Of a DNA stretch of 64,000 bases, positions 36,297 to 48,480 are shown one piece after another. This DNA is from Torpedo marmorata (taxonomy: Eukaryota): positions 50,282,001-50,346,000 of the forward strand of contig OZ360239.1 in assembly GCA_977017645.1 (NCBI GenBank), in the 5' to 3' direction. The number at the start of each line of letters is the position of its first letter. Within the stretch, counting starts at the first letter, position 1. The translations under genes and the position numbers were made by a program. The notes under the pieces are model-generated. The model ran no database searches, had not been told where the DNA came from, and saw only the letters and a program-made list of their open reading frames with translations.

Positions 36297-37017
36297 CAGA
36301 ATCAAAATCAGGTTCATTGTCAGGAACATATGTCACAAAATTTATTGTTTTGCAGCAGCAGTATTGTGTATTACAGTTGCAAAATTGCAATAAATGATGG
36401 TTCTGTAAATACAATATTTAAATATAAAAAATTTGTGCAATAAGAGAAAAAAAGTGAGGTAGTCTCTATACGTTCATTGTCTGTTCAGACATCTGATGGC
36501 AGAGGGAAAGAAGCTGTTTTTGTAATGTTGGGTGTGCGTCTTCAAGCTCCTGAACCTTCTTCCTGATGGTAGCAGTGAGAAAAAGGCATGGTCTGGGTGG
36601 TGAGGGTCCCTGAAGATAGAGGCTGCTTTCTTGAGACACCGTCTCTTAAAGATGTCCTTAATGAAGTGAAGGCGAATGCCCATGTTGGTGCTGGCCATGT
36701 TTACAACCCGCTGTAACCTTTGCAAGAGTCTTTGGTGACATACCCAATCTCCTCAAACTCCTAACGAAATATAGCCACTGGCGAGCCTTCTTCATGATTG
36801 TATCAACATGGAGGCCCCAGGACAGATCTTCAGAGATGTTGACACACAGGAATTTGAATCTTTGCCCTCTCCACTGCTGACCCCTCGAAGTCCACAATCA
36901 ATTCTTTAGTTTTGCTAATGTTGATTGTAAGGTTGTTGTTGTGACACCACTCAACTAGCTAATTTTTCTCACTCCTGTACGCTTCCTCATTGCCGTCTGT
37001 AATTCTGCCAGCAACCA
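36297..37017 (-). mobile_element. Rex1/Babar LINE 3' fragment
   Basis: ORFs 36474-36725 and 36658-36897 (KKARQWLYFVRSLRR, HPDH..FSLLPSGRR); gacaat tail. Confidence 0.82.
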
Positions 37018-37174
37018 TTGCAAATAACACCAAAATTGATGGTATAATGGAAAGTAAAGAAGGTTATTTAAGATTACAACAGGATCAATATGAACTGGAA
37101 AAGTGGGCCAAGGAATTGTGGATGAAATTGAAATCTGATTTTGATAGGTTAAACCAGAGCAGGACTTACACAGA

Positions 37175-37410
37175 AGTAAAACTCGTAAGTCTGTAGACAT
37201 CGTGGTTGAAGTAAAAACACAATGCTGGAGAAACTCAGCTGGTCAAACATGACCAGCTGGTCAAATGGGCGATTTTGTTCTGGCGACTGCTGCCATTGTT
37301 TCATACCTTGATGAAGATCTCAAGCTCGAAACGTTGGTTATATATCTTTATCTTTGCTATATAAAGTACACTGTTTGACCAGCTGAGTTTCTCCAGCATT
37401 GTGCTTTTAC
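37175..37410. mobile_element. ORF-less Penelope mini-element made of two inverted pLTR pieces
   Basis: Inverted pLTR end, palindrome tgaccagctggtca, then forward pLTR; about 15-bp TSD caggacttaca(c/t)aga (37160-37174 / 37411-37425). Confidence 0.75.
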
Positions 37411-38100
37411 CAGGACTTACATAGAGAATAGTTGGGCCCTGGGGAGTGTTGTAGAACAGAGACTTTGGGGTACAGGCTCATAGTTCCATGAAATTGGCGA
37501 CGCAGGAAGCCAGAGCCGTGAAGAAGGCGTTTAGAATGCTTGCCTTCTAGTTTGGGTTCAAGTTTGTTTGTCATGAGATTGTACCAGTACAACCCACCAT
37601 GCAGAACAGTGCAAACACACGTACAGACATAACACATCTACAGGCAAACAATGCATCTACACAGTACATATGTACATGTATTAAAATAAATATTATTAAT
37701 AAATAGAGTTACAGAAAGTTGTTTTAGCAGTCATTTAGTAGTCTCACTGTGGGAAGAAGCTGTTCCTCAGCCTGGAGGTTCTGGCTCTAATACTTCTGTA
37801 TCTTTTTCCCGATGGGAGTAGCTGGAAGATGCTGTCTGTGGGGTCCTCCCTGATTTTGCGAGCCCTCTTTAAACAATAATCCCGTTAAATCATATCGATG
37901 GTGGGGAGGGAGAACCCAGTGATCCTCTCTGGTGCTTTTATTTTCTCCGATCCAATGCTCTATAGCAGGGGTGGTCAACTTTTTAATTTTTAATTTAGAC
38001 ATACAGCATGTTAACAGGCCATTTTGGCCCACGAGTACGTAACAGGGGTGCAGGTTAATTGGGTGGCATGGACTCATGGGCCGAAATGGCCTGTTACTGT

Positions 38101-41100
38101 TACTGGGGGAGACAAGACAAGACCTCTACAGGAGGGATGGTTTACACCTGAATGCAAAGGGGGCCAATTTACTGGCAGTTAGGTTTAATAATGCTGTTGG
38201 ATTTGATTTAAACTAATTTGGCAGGGGGAAGGGAACAGGACTGATAGGGAAGCAGATAGGAGAGTGAATATAGGGGTGGTTCCGATAGATGGTGAAACCA
38301 TAAGGAAAAGGGGAACTAAAAGTGATAGGAGAGTAGGGGCAAGTGCATCAGGAACAAAGGTGGAGGGAGAAGGGAGATATGGTATCAAGGTATTGTATAT
38401 GAATGCACGGAGTGTAAGGAATAAAATGGATGAGCTTGAGGCGCAAATGGCAATGGGAGGTTATGACATTATCGGAGTAACGGAGACATGGCTGCAGGAG
38501 GGACAGGATTGGGAAATAAATGTTCCAGGGTACACGTCCTATAGAAAGGACAGAAAGTTAGGAAGAGGTGGTGGGGTAGCTCTGTTGGTAAGTAATGAAG
38601 TTCAGGCGTTTGAAAGGAAAGACATTGAAACAGGTGGGCTAGAGTCTGTTTGGATAGAATTAAGAAATTGCAAAGGCATGAAGACCATAATGGGGGTAAT
38701 TTACAGGCCTCCGAAAAGTAGCTCAGATATAGGAAGTAGTATAAATCAGGAATTAAGAGTGGCATGTCAAAGTGGTAGCAATACGGTAGTTATGGGGGAC
38801 TTCAACATGAAGGTGGACTGGGAAAATCAGACGGGGGCAGGAAAACAAGAGAGTGAGTTTATAGAATGTCTACGAGACACATTCTTGGAGCAGCTAGTGG
38901 AGGAACCTACCAGGGGAAGTCGATTCTGGACTTGGTGCTGTGCAGCGACGCAGAGTTAATAAGTGACCTCGAAGTAGGGGTGCCATTAGGGAATAGTGAC
39001 CATGGTATGGTTACTTTTGATCTGCAATTGGAAAGGGAAAAAGAAAGGAAGTCGGAAGCATCTATACTGCAGTTAAATAAAGGGGATTATGCAGCTATGA
39101 GGGAGGAGCTAACCAAAATAAAATGGAAAGATACACCAGCTGGGAGGACAACTGGGGAAAAATGGCAGGTATTTTTGGACATTTTTCACAGGATTCAGGA
39201 CAAATTCATTCCAAAGTGGAGGAAAGGCTCAAGGAGATGCAAATGGCAGCCGTGGCTAACTAATGAAATAAAGTGCATTATCAAGTCCAAAGGGAGTAAG
39301 TATAAGATAGCGAAGCAGAGTGGGAAGCTAGAGGATTGGGAAACCTTCAAAGAACATCAGAGGGTAACTAAGAAAGTCATACGAGAGGGGAAAATGAAGT
39401 ACGAGAGGAAATTAGCAAATAATATAATAGAGGATAGCAAAAGCTTTTTTAAATATGTGAAGAGGAAGAAATTGGTTCGGTCTAAAATTGGTCCATTAAG
39501 AATGGAAAAGGGTGGAATTATTACTGGAAACAAGGAAATGGCTGAGGAATTTAACAAGTACTTTGCATCTGTCTTCACCAAGGAGGATATAGGTTATGGT
39601 CAGTTAGGGGGTAGTGGTCATGCGGTATCAAGAGACTTGGGGAACTTTCCTCGGGAAGTAGGGAATCTGATAGATATCCGGATCCAGAAGCAGGAGGTTG
39701 TGAGTAAATTGTTGGGACTGAGGGCTGATAAATCCCCAGGGCCTGATGGGCTGCATCCCAGGGTGCTTAAAGAGGTTGCTCTGGAAATTGTGGAGGCACT
39801 GGTCGACATTTTCCAAAGCTCCATAGATTCGGGGGAGGTCCCTGTGGATTGGAGAGTGGCTGATGTGGTGCCGCTTTTTAAGGAGGGAGGGAGAAAACGG
39901 GAAATTATAGACCGGTCAGCCTGACGTCAGTGGTGGGGAAGATATTGGAATCTATCATAAAAGGAGTAATAGCAGAACACTTAGGCAGAAATAATAGTAT
40001 AAGGGCTAGTCAGCATGGATTCCTTAAGGGTAAGTCATGCTTGACTAACCTTCTGGAATTTTTCGAAGATGTGACAAAGAGGGTGGACTTGGGAGAGCCA
40101 GTGGATGTGGTGTATTTGGACTTCCAGAAGGCCTTTGATAAGGTACCGCACGGGAGACTAGTGGGCAAGATCAGGGAGCATGGTATTGAAGGTAAGGTGC
40201 TGACATGGATAGGAAATTGGTTAAGAAATAGGAAACAAAGGGTTGGGGTAAGCGGGTCTTTTTCAGGATGGCAGGATGTGACGAGTGGAGTGCCGCAGGG
40301 ATCGGTGTTGGGTCCTCAGTTGTTTGTCATTTATGTAAATGATTTGGATGATGGGATTATTAATAACATGAGCAAATTTGCAGATGACACTAAACTGGGT
40401 GGCGGTGTAAAGTGTGAAGAGGATGTCAGGAAAATGCAGAGGGACTTGGACAGGTTGGGGGAGTGGGCTGAAGAATGGAAGATGAAGTTCAATGTGAGCA
40501 AATGTGAGGTTATCCATTTTGGGGGCAGTAATAGGAAAGCTGAGTATTATTTAAATGGAGACAAGCTAGGGAGTGGGGAAGTGCAAATGGATCTGGGTGT
40601 ACTTTTTCACCGGTCACTGAAGGCTAACATGCAGGTTCAGAAAGCTGTGAAGAAGGCAAATGGCATGTTGGCTTTCATAAAGAGGGGATTGGAGTATAGG
40701 AGCAGGGACGCCCTTCTGCAGTTGTACAGGGCCCTGGTGAGACCCCACCTGGAGTATTGCGTCCATTTCTGGTCTCCAAATTTGAGGAAGGACATACTAG
40801 CTATAGAGGGTGTGCAGCGCAGATTTACAAGGTTAGTTCCAGGGATGGCAGGGTTGACATATGCTGAAAGGTTAGAAAAACTGGACTTATATCCGATGGA
40901 GTTTAGAAGGATGAGGGGGGACATGATTGAGGTATACAAAATTATCAAGGGGATAGACAGGGTGAAGTCGGATTACTTGTTCCCAATGACGAGGACTAGA
41001 GGGCATAGTTTAAGAATACAGGGAAGGCCCTTTAGGACGGAGATGAGGAAAATTTTTTTTACCCAGAGAAGTGTGAATTTGTGGAATGCTCTGCCACAGA

Positions 41101-41300
41101 GGGTGGTAGAGGCAGATTCGCTGATTATGTTCAAAAGAGAGTTAGATAAGACTCTAGTGGGCAGAGGAGTTAAGGGTTATGGGGATAAGGCTGGTAAGTG
41201 GTACTGATAGTAGTGATCAGCCATGATCTGTAAAATGGCGGTGCTGGCTCGACGGGCCGAAGGGCCTACTCCAGCTCCTATTGTCTATTGTCTATTGTCT
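38101..41300 (+). mobile_element. Young CR1 LINE, 5'-truncated within ORF1
   Basis: ORF1 esterase end (DLYRRDGLHLNAKGANLLA, stop at about 38216), near-complete ORF2 and (CTATTGT)n tail. Confidence 0.93.
38390..41207 (+). pseudogene. CR1 ORF2 (APE endonuclease plus RT), two frameshifts
   Basis: ORFs 38264-38959 (YMNARS, VTETW, GVIYRPP, GDFN), 38866-39924 (SDH, KSPGPDG) and 39930-41207 (QHGF, LDFQKAFD, GVPQGSVLGP, FADD). Confidence 0.92.
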
Positions 41301-42719
41301 AAAAGATTGGCCACCCCAGCTCTATAGCAGCAGTACCACACTATGATGCAGTCAGCCAGAACTCTCTTGAAAGAGCTCCTGTAGAAAGTTGGCAGTCTCA
41401 GGAAGTGCAGTCACTGTTGCGCCTTCCTGACAAGTGAGGAGATGTTGTGTGTCCAGGATAGGTCACTTCTTAAATGAACACCAAGGAACTTGGTGCTCTC
41501 CAATCTCTCCACTACCGAGCTATTAATGTGCAGTGGATGGTGGTCGTCCCTGGTCTTCCTGAAGTCCACAATCATCTCTTTTGTCTTGTCCATGTTGAGA
41601 GTCAGGTTGTTATTCTCGCACCATATCACGAGATTTTCCACCTCTTCTCTGTAGCGCGATTCATCGGTGTTGTTGATGAGGCCAACTACTGTCATGTCAC
41701 CTGCAAACTTGATGACTCTGTTGGAGCTGGATCCAGCATTGCAATCACGGATCTGTAGTGTGAACAGGAGCAGGCTGAGGTGCGCCAGTGCTCAGCGTGA
41801 TGGTGCTTAACGATCTGCTGTCAACCCAGACAGATTGCAGACTTTCTGTTAGGAAGTACAGAATCCAGTTACAGAGAAGGGTGTTGAGTCCCAGCGAGGA
41901 CAGCTTCTCCACCAGCCTCTGGGGTATATAAAACATCGAGCTGAAGACAATAAACTGCAGCCTGGTGTATGAGGCGTCGTTTTCCAGGTGGGTCAGGACA
42001 GAGTGGAGGGACAAGGCTATAGCATCGTTAGTGGAACGGTTCATCTGTAGGCAAATTGAAATGGGTCCAGCGTCTCTGGGAGGTGCGCTTTGCTACGTTC
42101 CATCACCAGATGCTCGAAGCATTTCATAATGGTGGAGGTCAGTGCCACTGTGCAGTATTGCGTACAGGAGGAGGGACGTCATATTGCAACTGTACAAGAT
42201 GTTGGTAAGACAGCACTTGGAGTATTGGGCACAGTTTTTGTCACCCAGCAATAGGAAAAATATTATTAAGCTGGAGAGGTTAAAGAAAAGATTCATAGGA
42301 ATGTTCCTCGAATATAGGCTTGAATTATAAGGAGAAGTTGGATAGGCTGGGACCTTTAACGAGACATAAAATCACAAAAGACAGAGATAAGGTAAGTAAC
42401 TATGGCCTTTTTCCCAGGGTAGGGGAATTTAAAACTAGAAGGTGTGAGGAGAAAGATGGGTATAAGCAATCAGCTGCCAGAGAAGTGGTAGAAGCGGGGA
42501 CAATTGTGACATTCAAAAGCCATTTAGACAAGAACATGGATAGGAAACGTTTAGAGGGATATGGGGCAAATGCAGGGAAATGGGACTAGCTTGGTTGGCA
42601 TGCACAAGTGGGGCCAAAGAGCTTGTTTCTCTGCTGTAGGAATCTATGACTCTATTATGTTTGGGAGTTTAATTCTAACCCATGAGCAAAAAATAATGCA
42701 TAGATAATAGTTCTCAATT

Positions 42720-43810
42720 GAATTTGTTTATTTGTCACAAAATACCTACTACAGTGAGAAAAATGAACAGAACAACAGGTTATTTCTAACATTACATGCA
42801 GTCATGTAAAAAGCACAATTTACAGAGCATAGGATTACAATGGAAAAGAAGTTCATTTAGCACCAAGGAAGGGCAGCATGATAACACTGTTGTGAGTTTC
42901 ATTCAGAAGCCTGATGGGTGCAGGGAAGAAACTGTGTTTAAGCCTGTTGGAATGTGCTTTTGCACTCTTGAGCCTTCTCCCTGATGGGAGGAGGGAGAAG
43001 AGAGTATATCCTGGTATGATGAGTCTTTCAGTACGTTGGTTGCCTTTCTGAGGCAGAAAGAGATGCAATGGAGTCTATGGAGGGGAGAAAAGTTTGTGTT
43101 GTGTTCTGAGCTGCATTCACTATCTTCTGTAGCTTCTTCAGATCTTGAGCAGATTTGCTCCCATACCATGCTGCAATGCATTCAGCAAGTATGCTTTCGA
43201 TGGTGCACGTGTAAAAATTGTTGAGGGACAAGGGGTACATGTCGAACTTTCTTGGTCTTCTAAGAAGTAGAGGCATTGGTGAACTTTCTTGACCATTGAG
43301 TCAACATGCTTGCCTCGGATCAGGTCACTGGAAATGTCTGTTCCCAAGAACTTGAAGCTGTCTACTCCTTCAACTTCAGTGGCATTAATATGGGTAGAGG
43401 TGTGGACTCTTCGCCCTCTCCTGAAGTCAGTGATCATCTCCTTCATCTTATTGACATTGGGAGAGAACTTGTTATCTTGGCACCATGACACTAGACTTCC
43501 AATCTCTTTCCTGTAGTCTCTCATCGTAATTTGATACCCAGTCCACAACTGTGATGTTGTCAGCAAATTTGAAGATAGAGTTGGAATGGTATTTAGCTGT
43601 ACGGTCGTGGGTCTAGAGAGAGTATAGTAGGGGACTGAACACTCATCTTTGAGGAGTGCCAGTGTTAAGTGTGATTATGGAGGAGATGTTGTTACCCATC
43701 TTCACTGATTGCAGTTTGTTAAACAGGTAGTCAAGGATACAGTTGCAGAAGGAGGCATTGAGGCTTGGATCCAGAAGTTTGGGAATAAATTTTCTCAGGA
43801 CTATTGTTTT
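42720..43810 (-). mobile_element. Rex1/Babar LINE 3' fragment
   Basis: KMKEMITDFRR, FKFLGT, KKVHQ.LYFL, NFYTCTIESIL..CI..WYG, LLPSGRR. Confidence 0.85.
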
Positions 43811-44559
43811 GAAGAATTTAATTGTTTATTATCACATGTACCATGATACAGTGAAACACTTTATTTTGCATGCTGTTCAGGCAATTCAATCCATACTTGA
43901 GTATAAACCTGGCATTTACAAGGTGGAAAGCCTCATGCTGTTGATGGAGGAACATTATTATTTGGCAAAATTGTACAAAACTCATGGCAAAATGATAGGT
44001 TGTTAATGAAAATCATGTGGATTTATTAAAAACAGATCACATGTTGCTGATTTATGTATGGAGTTCCAGAAAGTTTATGATGATGTACAACATTATAGAT
44101 TTATTAGCAAAACTGAAACCCGTGAGGTTAATGAGACTGTGATTGCAAGGATACAACATTGACTGAGAGAAAGAAAATGCAATGGGAAGTGGTGACTATC
44201 TCAATTTCAAATGATATTATTACACAGTGGTGTCACTCAAGGGTTGGTGTTAGTGCGTTTTAAAACCTGCATGGATATATAGAGCGTGTATTCAAGTTTT
44301 ATTTGATGCCACCAATGTTTTATAAAATTGCAATGGCTTTCTTTAATGCCTACCAAATATATATGAGATTCCTGGGGCACAATTCTGAAGAAAAACCTAG
44401 AGGTGTCAGGAAGTTCATCTTTGCATGATGATTATTCACAATGAATTAGATATAAATTTAAATTTAGACATACCTCTCATGAAGGGAAAATCCAATCATC
44501 CCTTAAAAATATCTGACAATCTATAGTTTTCTTCAATAAACTTGATTGTGTATTTTTTT

Positions 44560-46490
44560 ATGTATTCATTTTTTGGAACATGAATATCACTGGCTAGGCC
44601 ACCAATTATTACCCATTCGTAATACCCCTTTAAAGATAATGTTAAGAATGGAAATTATAACCAATGCAGTTATTCTGATATAGGTACTCCTATATTTCTA
44701 TTGACTAAGGAGTTCCTGTATTTAAACTCAGTGATGATTAAGAAATAACAACATATTTCCAAGGCACAGTGGTGTGCAACATGGAGTGGAATCTATCGGT
44801 GATGGTGTTCGCATGAGTTTGCTGCCATGCCCTTTTGGATGGTAGAGGATGTTGGCTGGGAGGTGCCAGCAGATGAGTTTGGAGAACGGAACACAGAGCA
44901 CTGACAGTGGAGGGAATGAATGTTTTGTGGGGTGTTTGGGGTGTCAAACAAGTAGGCTGCTTTGCCCCAGATTGAAGTCCTTGAGTGCTTTTGGAGTTGA
45001 ACTCATCCTGGCATGATGATAGAACTCCATCATTCTCCTGACTTGCATCTTGTAGAAGGTGGAAAGGTATTGGGATATTAGATATGGACTATATAATAGT
45101 GGAGACTGCTTCTGATCTGACCATTCCACAGCATGTAAATGACTAACACAGATGATTTTCTGATTAGTGATGATTCACAAGATGTTGACCATAGACTTGC
45201 TGATGATTATTTCATTGAATATGAAAATTAGGCTGTTGGAAATGCTGATTGCGGCATTGTCACTTTTAAGGTGTAAATGCTACTTGCCACTAATCACATT
45301 GTCTCTAGGTGACAAATGGTCTCTAGGGCTTCCTATATGAAGGCAGATACCACTGAGGAGCTGTGAATGGAATTGAACATTGTACAATCATAAGAAAACA
45401 TCCCTACTTTGGACCTCATAATGGAATGAAAGTCATTGAAGAAACAACTGAAATGAGTTTGGCTTAGGACCAATCAATTTCCTTACTAGCCATGGTTCCA
45501 GCTATTGAGGTTTTTCCTCCCTTTTACCACTGACTGCAGTTTTATTGAGTCTTCTTGATGCTCTGTTTGGTCAAATGTTGCCTTTGTATCAACAATAGTA
45601 AATCTCACCTCATTTCTGGGTTAATTGAACTATATTTGGACTAAAGCTCTTGAGTCTAAAGCTGAGAAGTCCTTGCAAAATCCAACTTGAATTTGGGCAG
45701 GTTATTGGGGAAGAAATACCACTGTCAATGAGCTTCCCTTACTTTGCTGATGCTTGACAATAGACTGATTAGCTGACAATTAACTGAATTGGACATGTCT
45801 TGCTTTATTTGAGCAAGATATACAGTACCAAGGTACCTGTTGGGAAGATACATGTGATGTAATTATACTGGAATAACTTGGCTAGAGTGGCTATTTTGGA
45901 GCACAACTTCAGAGATGCAATGGAGTGATGTCTTACCATTTCTTAATTTCATTGGGAGAGAATTGAACCAGCTGAAAACAGGGATTTGTGATGGTGGGAA
46001 TCTCTGGATGAGACCAAGATGTATCATCTACTTCACTCTTGTAGTTGCAGTCATTCTTTGGCAAACAATTATTGGTTCCACATTGTTTAAGATGGGGTTG
46101 TTGTTGTAACTTTTCATGTTTGCTGTCTGCCTACCATTATTCACTGTTCTACAAAGGTTTTATCTTAAATGTTGGTTGTGTGATGGCTTAGCTCTACCAA
46201 TCTGCTGAATTTACAGTTTAGGATTTGCGTGTTATTGCCTCATCAGCATACCTCATTTGGACAATCCTGGCCAATCCTGACAATTCCATATTTGAATAAA
46301 GGTTAGTCTCTGTGCTTGATGGCAATCACAGAATAATGAATATGCTTGGCAAAGTGATTATATACTGTCGTGGAGTGTAATCAGTTTGTGGTTTATAATG
46401 CCTTGTGGATGCTAAGATTTGAATGGTAGATCTGTTCCAAAGTGGTAATCCCACACCATGTTAAGAAGGTGTCCTTGACACAAAGATGGA
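44560..46490 (-). mobile_element. Ancient, heavily degenerate LINE of uncertain clade
   Basis: 3'-end motif cactggctaggccaccaattattacccat (also seen near 30560) followed by decayed LINE-like sequence; no open frame. Confidence 0.4.
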
Positions 46491-46637
46491 AATTCATCTC
46501 AAGTTCAAGTTTATTATCATCCGATTGCACAAGTACAACCCGACGAAACAGCGTTCTCCGGTCCTCGGTGCAAAGCATGCAGGCACACAACCAGACATAA
46601 CACACATACAGACAAACAATACATACGCAGGACAAAT

Positions 46638-48480
46638 ATAGAACATAGAACAATACAGCACAATACAGACCCTTCGTCATTCGATATATTCCTACCAAAA
46701 AAAAGTACCAAACCCTTCCTACCTCGCAACCCTCTATATTTTTCATTCATGTGCCTGTCTAAGAATCTCTTAAATGCCCCTAATGTTTCAGCCTCCACCA
46801 CCATCCCTGGCAAGGCATTCCAGGCACCCACAACTCTCTGTGTAAAAAGCTTACCCCTGATATCTCCCCAAAACTTTCCTCCCTTCACTTTATACATATG
46901 TCCTCTGGTGTTTGCTATTCCTGCCCTGGGAAAAAAGGTGCTTGCTGTCCACCCTGTCTATGCCTCTCAGAATCTAGTAGACCTCTATTATGTCTCCTCT
47001 CATCCTTCTTTGCTCCAAAGTGAAAAGTCCCAGCTCTGCTAACCTTGCCTCATAAGAATTATTTTCCAATCCAGGCAACATCCTGCTAAATCTCCTTTGC
47101 ACCCTCTCCATAGCTTCCACATCCTTCCTATAATGAGGTGACTAGAACTGAACACAATACTCTAAGTGTGGTCTCACCAGAGATTTGTAGAATTGCAACA
47201 TGACCTCACGATTCTTGAACTCAAAGGTAAAGGTATAGCCAGTCCTGTGCCTGCTTAGCTTCCGAGATCAGACAATCCCAGTCGTATTCAGGCTATTGGT
47301 GCAGTCATCCCCTGTTAATAAAGCCCAACATCCCACAAGCCTTCTAACTATCCTATCAACTTGTGCGGCCACCTTGAGAGATGCATGGATTTGGTCCCCA
47401 AGGTCCCTCTGTTCATCCACACTCTTTAGTATCTGACCATTAACCTTGTACTCAGCCTTCTGATTTGACCTTACAAAATGTCTAATTTGTGGGTGGCCTC
47501 AACTTGGCAGTACATGAGGCCATGGACAGCCATGTCAGTGTGGCATTGGGGTGCAGAACTGAAATGTTTGGCTACTGGGAGGTTCTTGCTGCTGCAGCAG
47601 ACAGAGTGAAGGTGCTCAATGAAGCGATTTACAAGATATTATTTCCCCTCCAGTTCAGGTGCAGCCCGTCCTTTTTGTACAGGTCAGACCTTCCCCAGAA
47701 GAGAACCCAATGATCCACAAATCTGAACCCCTGCCCCCTGCACCAACTCTTCAGCCATGTATTCATCTGCCACAATTTCCTATTCCTACCCTCACTGGCG
47801 CGTGGCACAGGCAGCAATCCCGAGATTACCACCCTTGAGGTCCTGCTTTTTAACTTCTTTCCTAACTCCCCATATTCCCTCTTCAGGACTTCATCCTTAC
47901 TCCTATGTCATTGGTCCCCACGTGGACCTCGACATTTGGCTGCTCACCCTCCCGCCTGAGAATGCTGTTGGCTCGATCAAAGACGTCCCTGACCCTGGCA
48001 CCTGGGAGGCAACATACCATCCTGGAGCCTCGATCTCCTTCACAGAATCTCCTATTGTTCACCTAACCAACAAATCTCCTCTTCTCCCCCCTTCCCTTCT
48101 GAGCCGAAGGGCCAGACTCTGTGCCAGAGACCTCTATGACTTTTCCCTGTTAGATCGTTCCCCCCCCAGCAGTATCCAAAACGGTATACTTAGTGTTGAG
48201 GGGAATAGCCACAGGGGTGCTCTGCACTGTCTGCCTATTCCCCTTTCCTCTCCCACATTCCCCTTCCCTCTCCTAACAGTCACCAAGCTACCTGCCTCCT
48301 GTCATTTGGGGGGTGGCTGTCTCCCTGAAGATCCTGTCTATCACTGCTCCAGTTCCTGAACTCGATCTCCAAGGAGCTGCAGCTGGATGCACCTCTTGCA
48401 GGTGTAGTCATCAGGGACAATTATGCTGTCTCAGATTTCCCACATCGGAGCATTCCACTGCCCTTGCTGCCATCTCCATT
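46638..48480 (-). mobile_element. CR1 pieces: 3' end, Penelope fragment and ORF1 esterase region
   Basis: 3' end 46638-47485 (FTQRVVGAWNALP); GIY-YIG-like piece at about 47490-47630; ORF1 at about 47635-48480 (VISGLLPVPRAS..NTWLKSWC..FWGRSDLYKKDGLHLN). Confidence 0.75.
47224..47304 (-). pseudogene. 5S rRNA-derived short retrocopy with (ACCTTT)n tail
   Basis: Reverse strand ...CCTGAATACG...GTCTGATCTCGGAAGCTAAGCAGG.C..G.CTGG.TA-TACCTTTACCTT; the 24-nt core is the conserved 5S box-A region; it interrupts CR1 sequence cleanly. Confidence 0.75.

Larger units (their letters stand above)
37966..41319. mobile_element. hAT-Charlie-type TIR pair enclosing SINE-tail fragments and a CR1
   Basis: Left CAGGGGTGGTCAACTTTT, right AAAAGATTGGCCACCCCAG; 8-bp TSD CTCTATAG (37958-37965 / 41320-41327). 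Confidence 0.8.
37555..42150 (-). mobile_element. Rex1/Babar LINE (RT to 3' end) interrupted at 37966-41327
   Basis: NRSTNDAI..LH..L.HLE, STGAPQ, TVVGLI..DES.YREEV..L..WC, KTKEMIVDFR, KFLGVH; sequence is continuous across the CTCTATAG duplication. Confidence 0.82.
35490..42655 (+). mobile_element. Old CR1 ORF2 copy hosting a nested insertion stack
   Basis: Collinear CR1 pieces at about 35490-36296, 37018-37174, 37411-37548 and 42155-42655 (VPQGS..YINDL; DVILQLYKMLVRQHLEY; GYGANAGKW). Confidence 0.7.

Noticed and set aside
43028-43566. ALKBH8-like host gene (DUF1891 similarity)
   Set aside because: This motif is the C-terminus of Rex1/Babar LINE ORF2 and occurs in many decayed copies in the window.
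47235-47295. Functional 5S rRNA gene
   Set aside because: Only about half of 5S is present, with no box C or terminator, inserted in a LINE.
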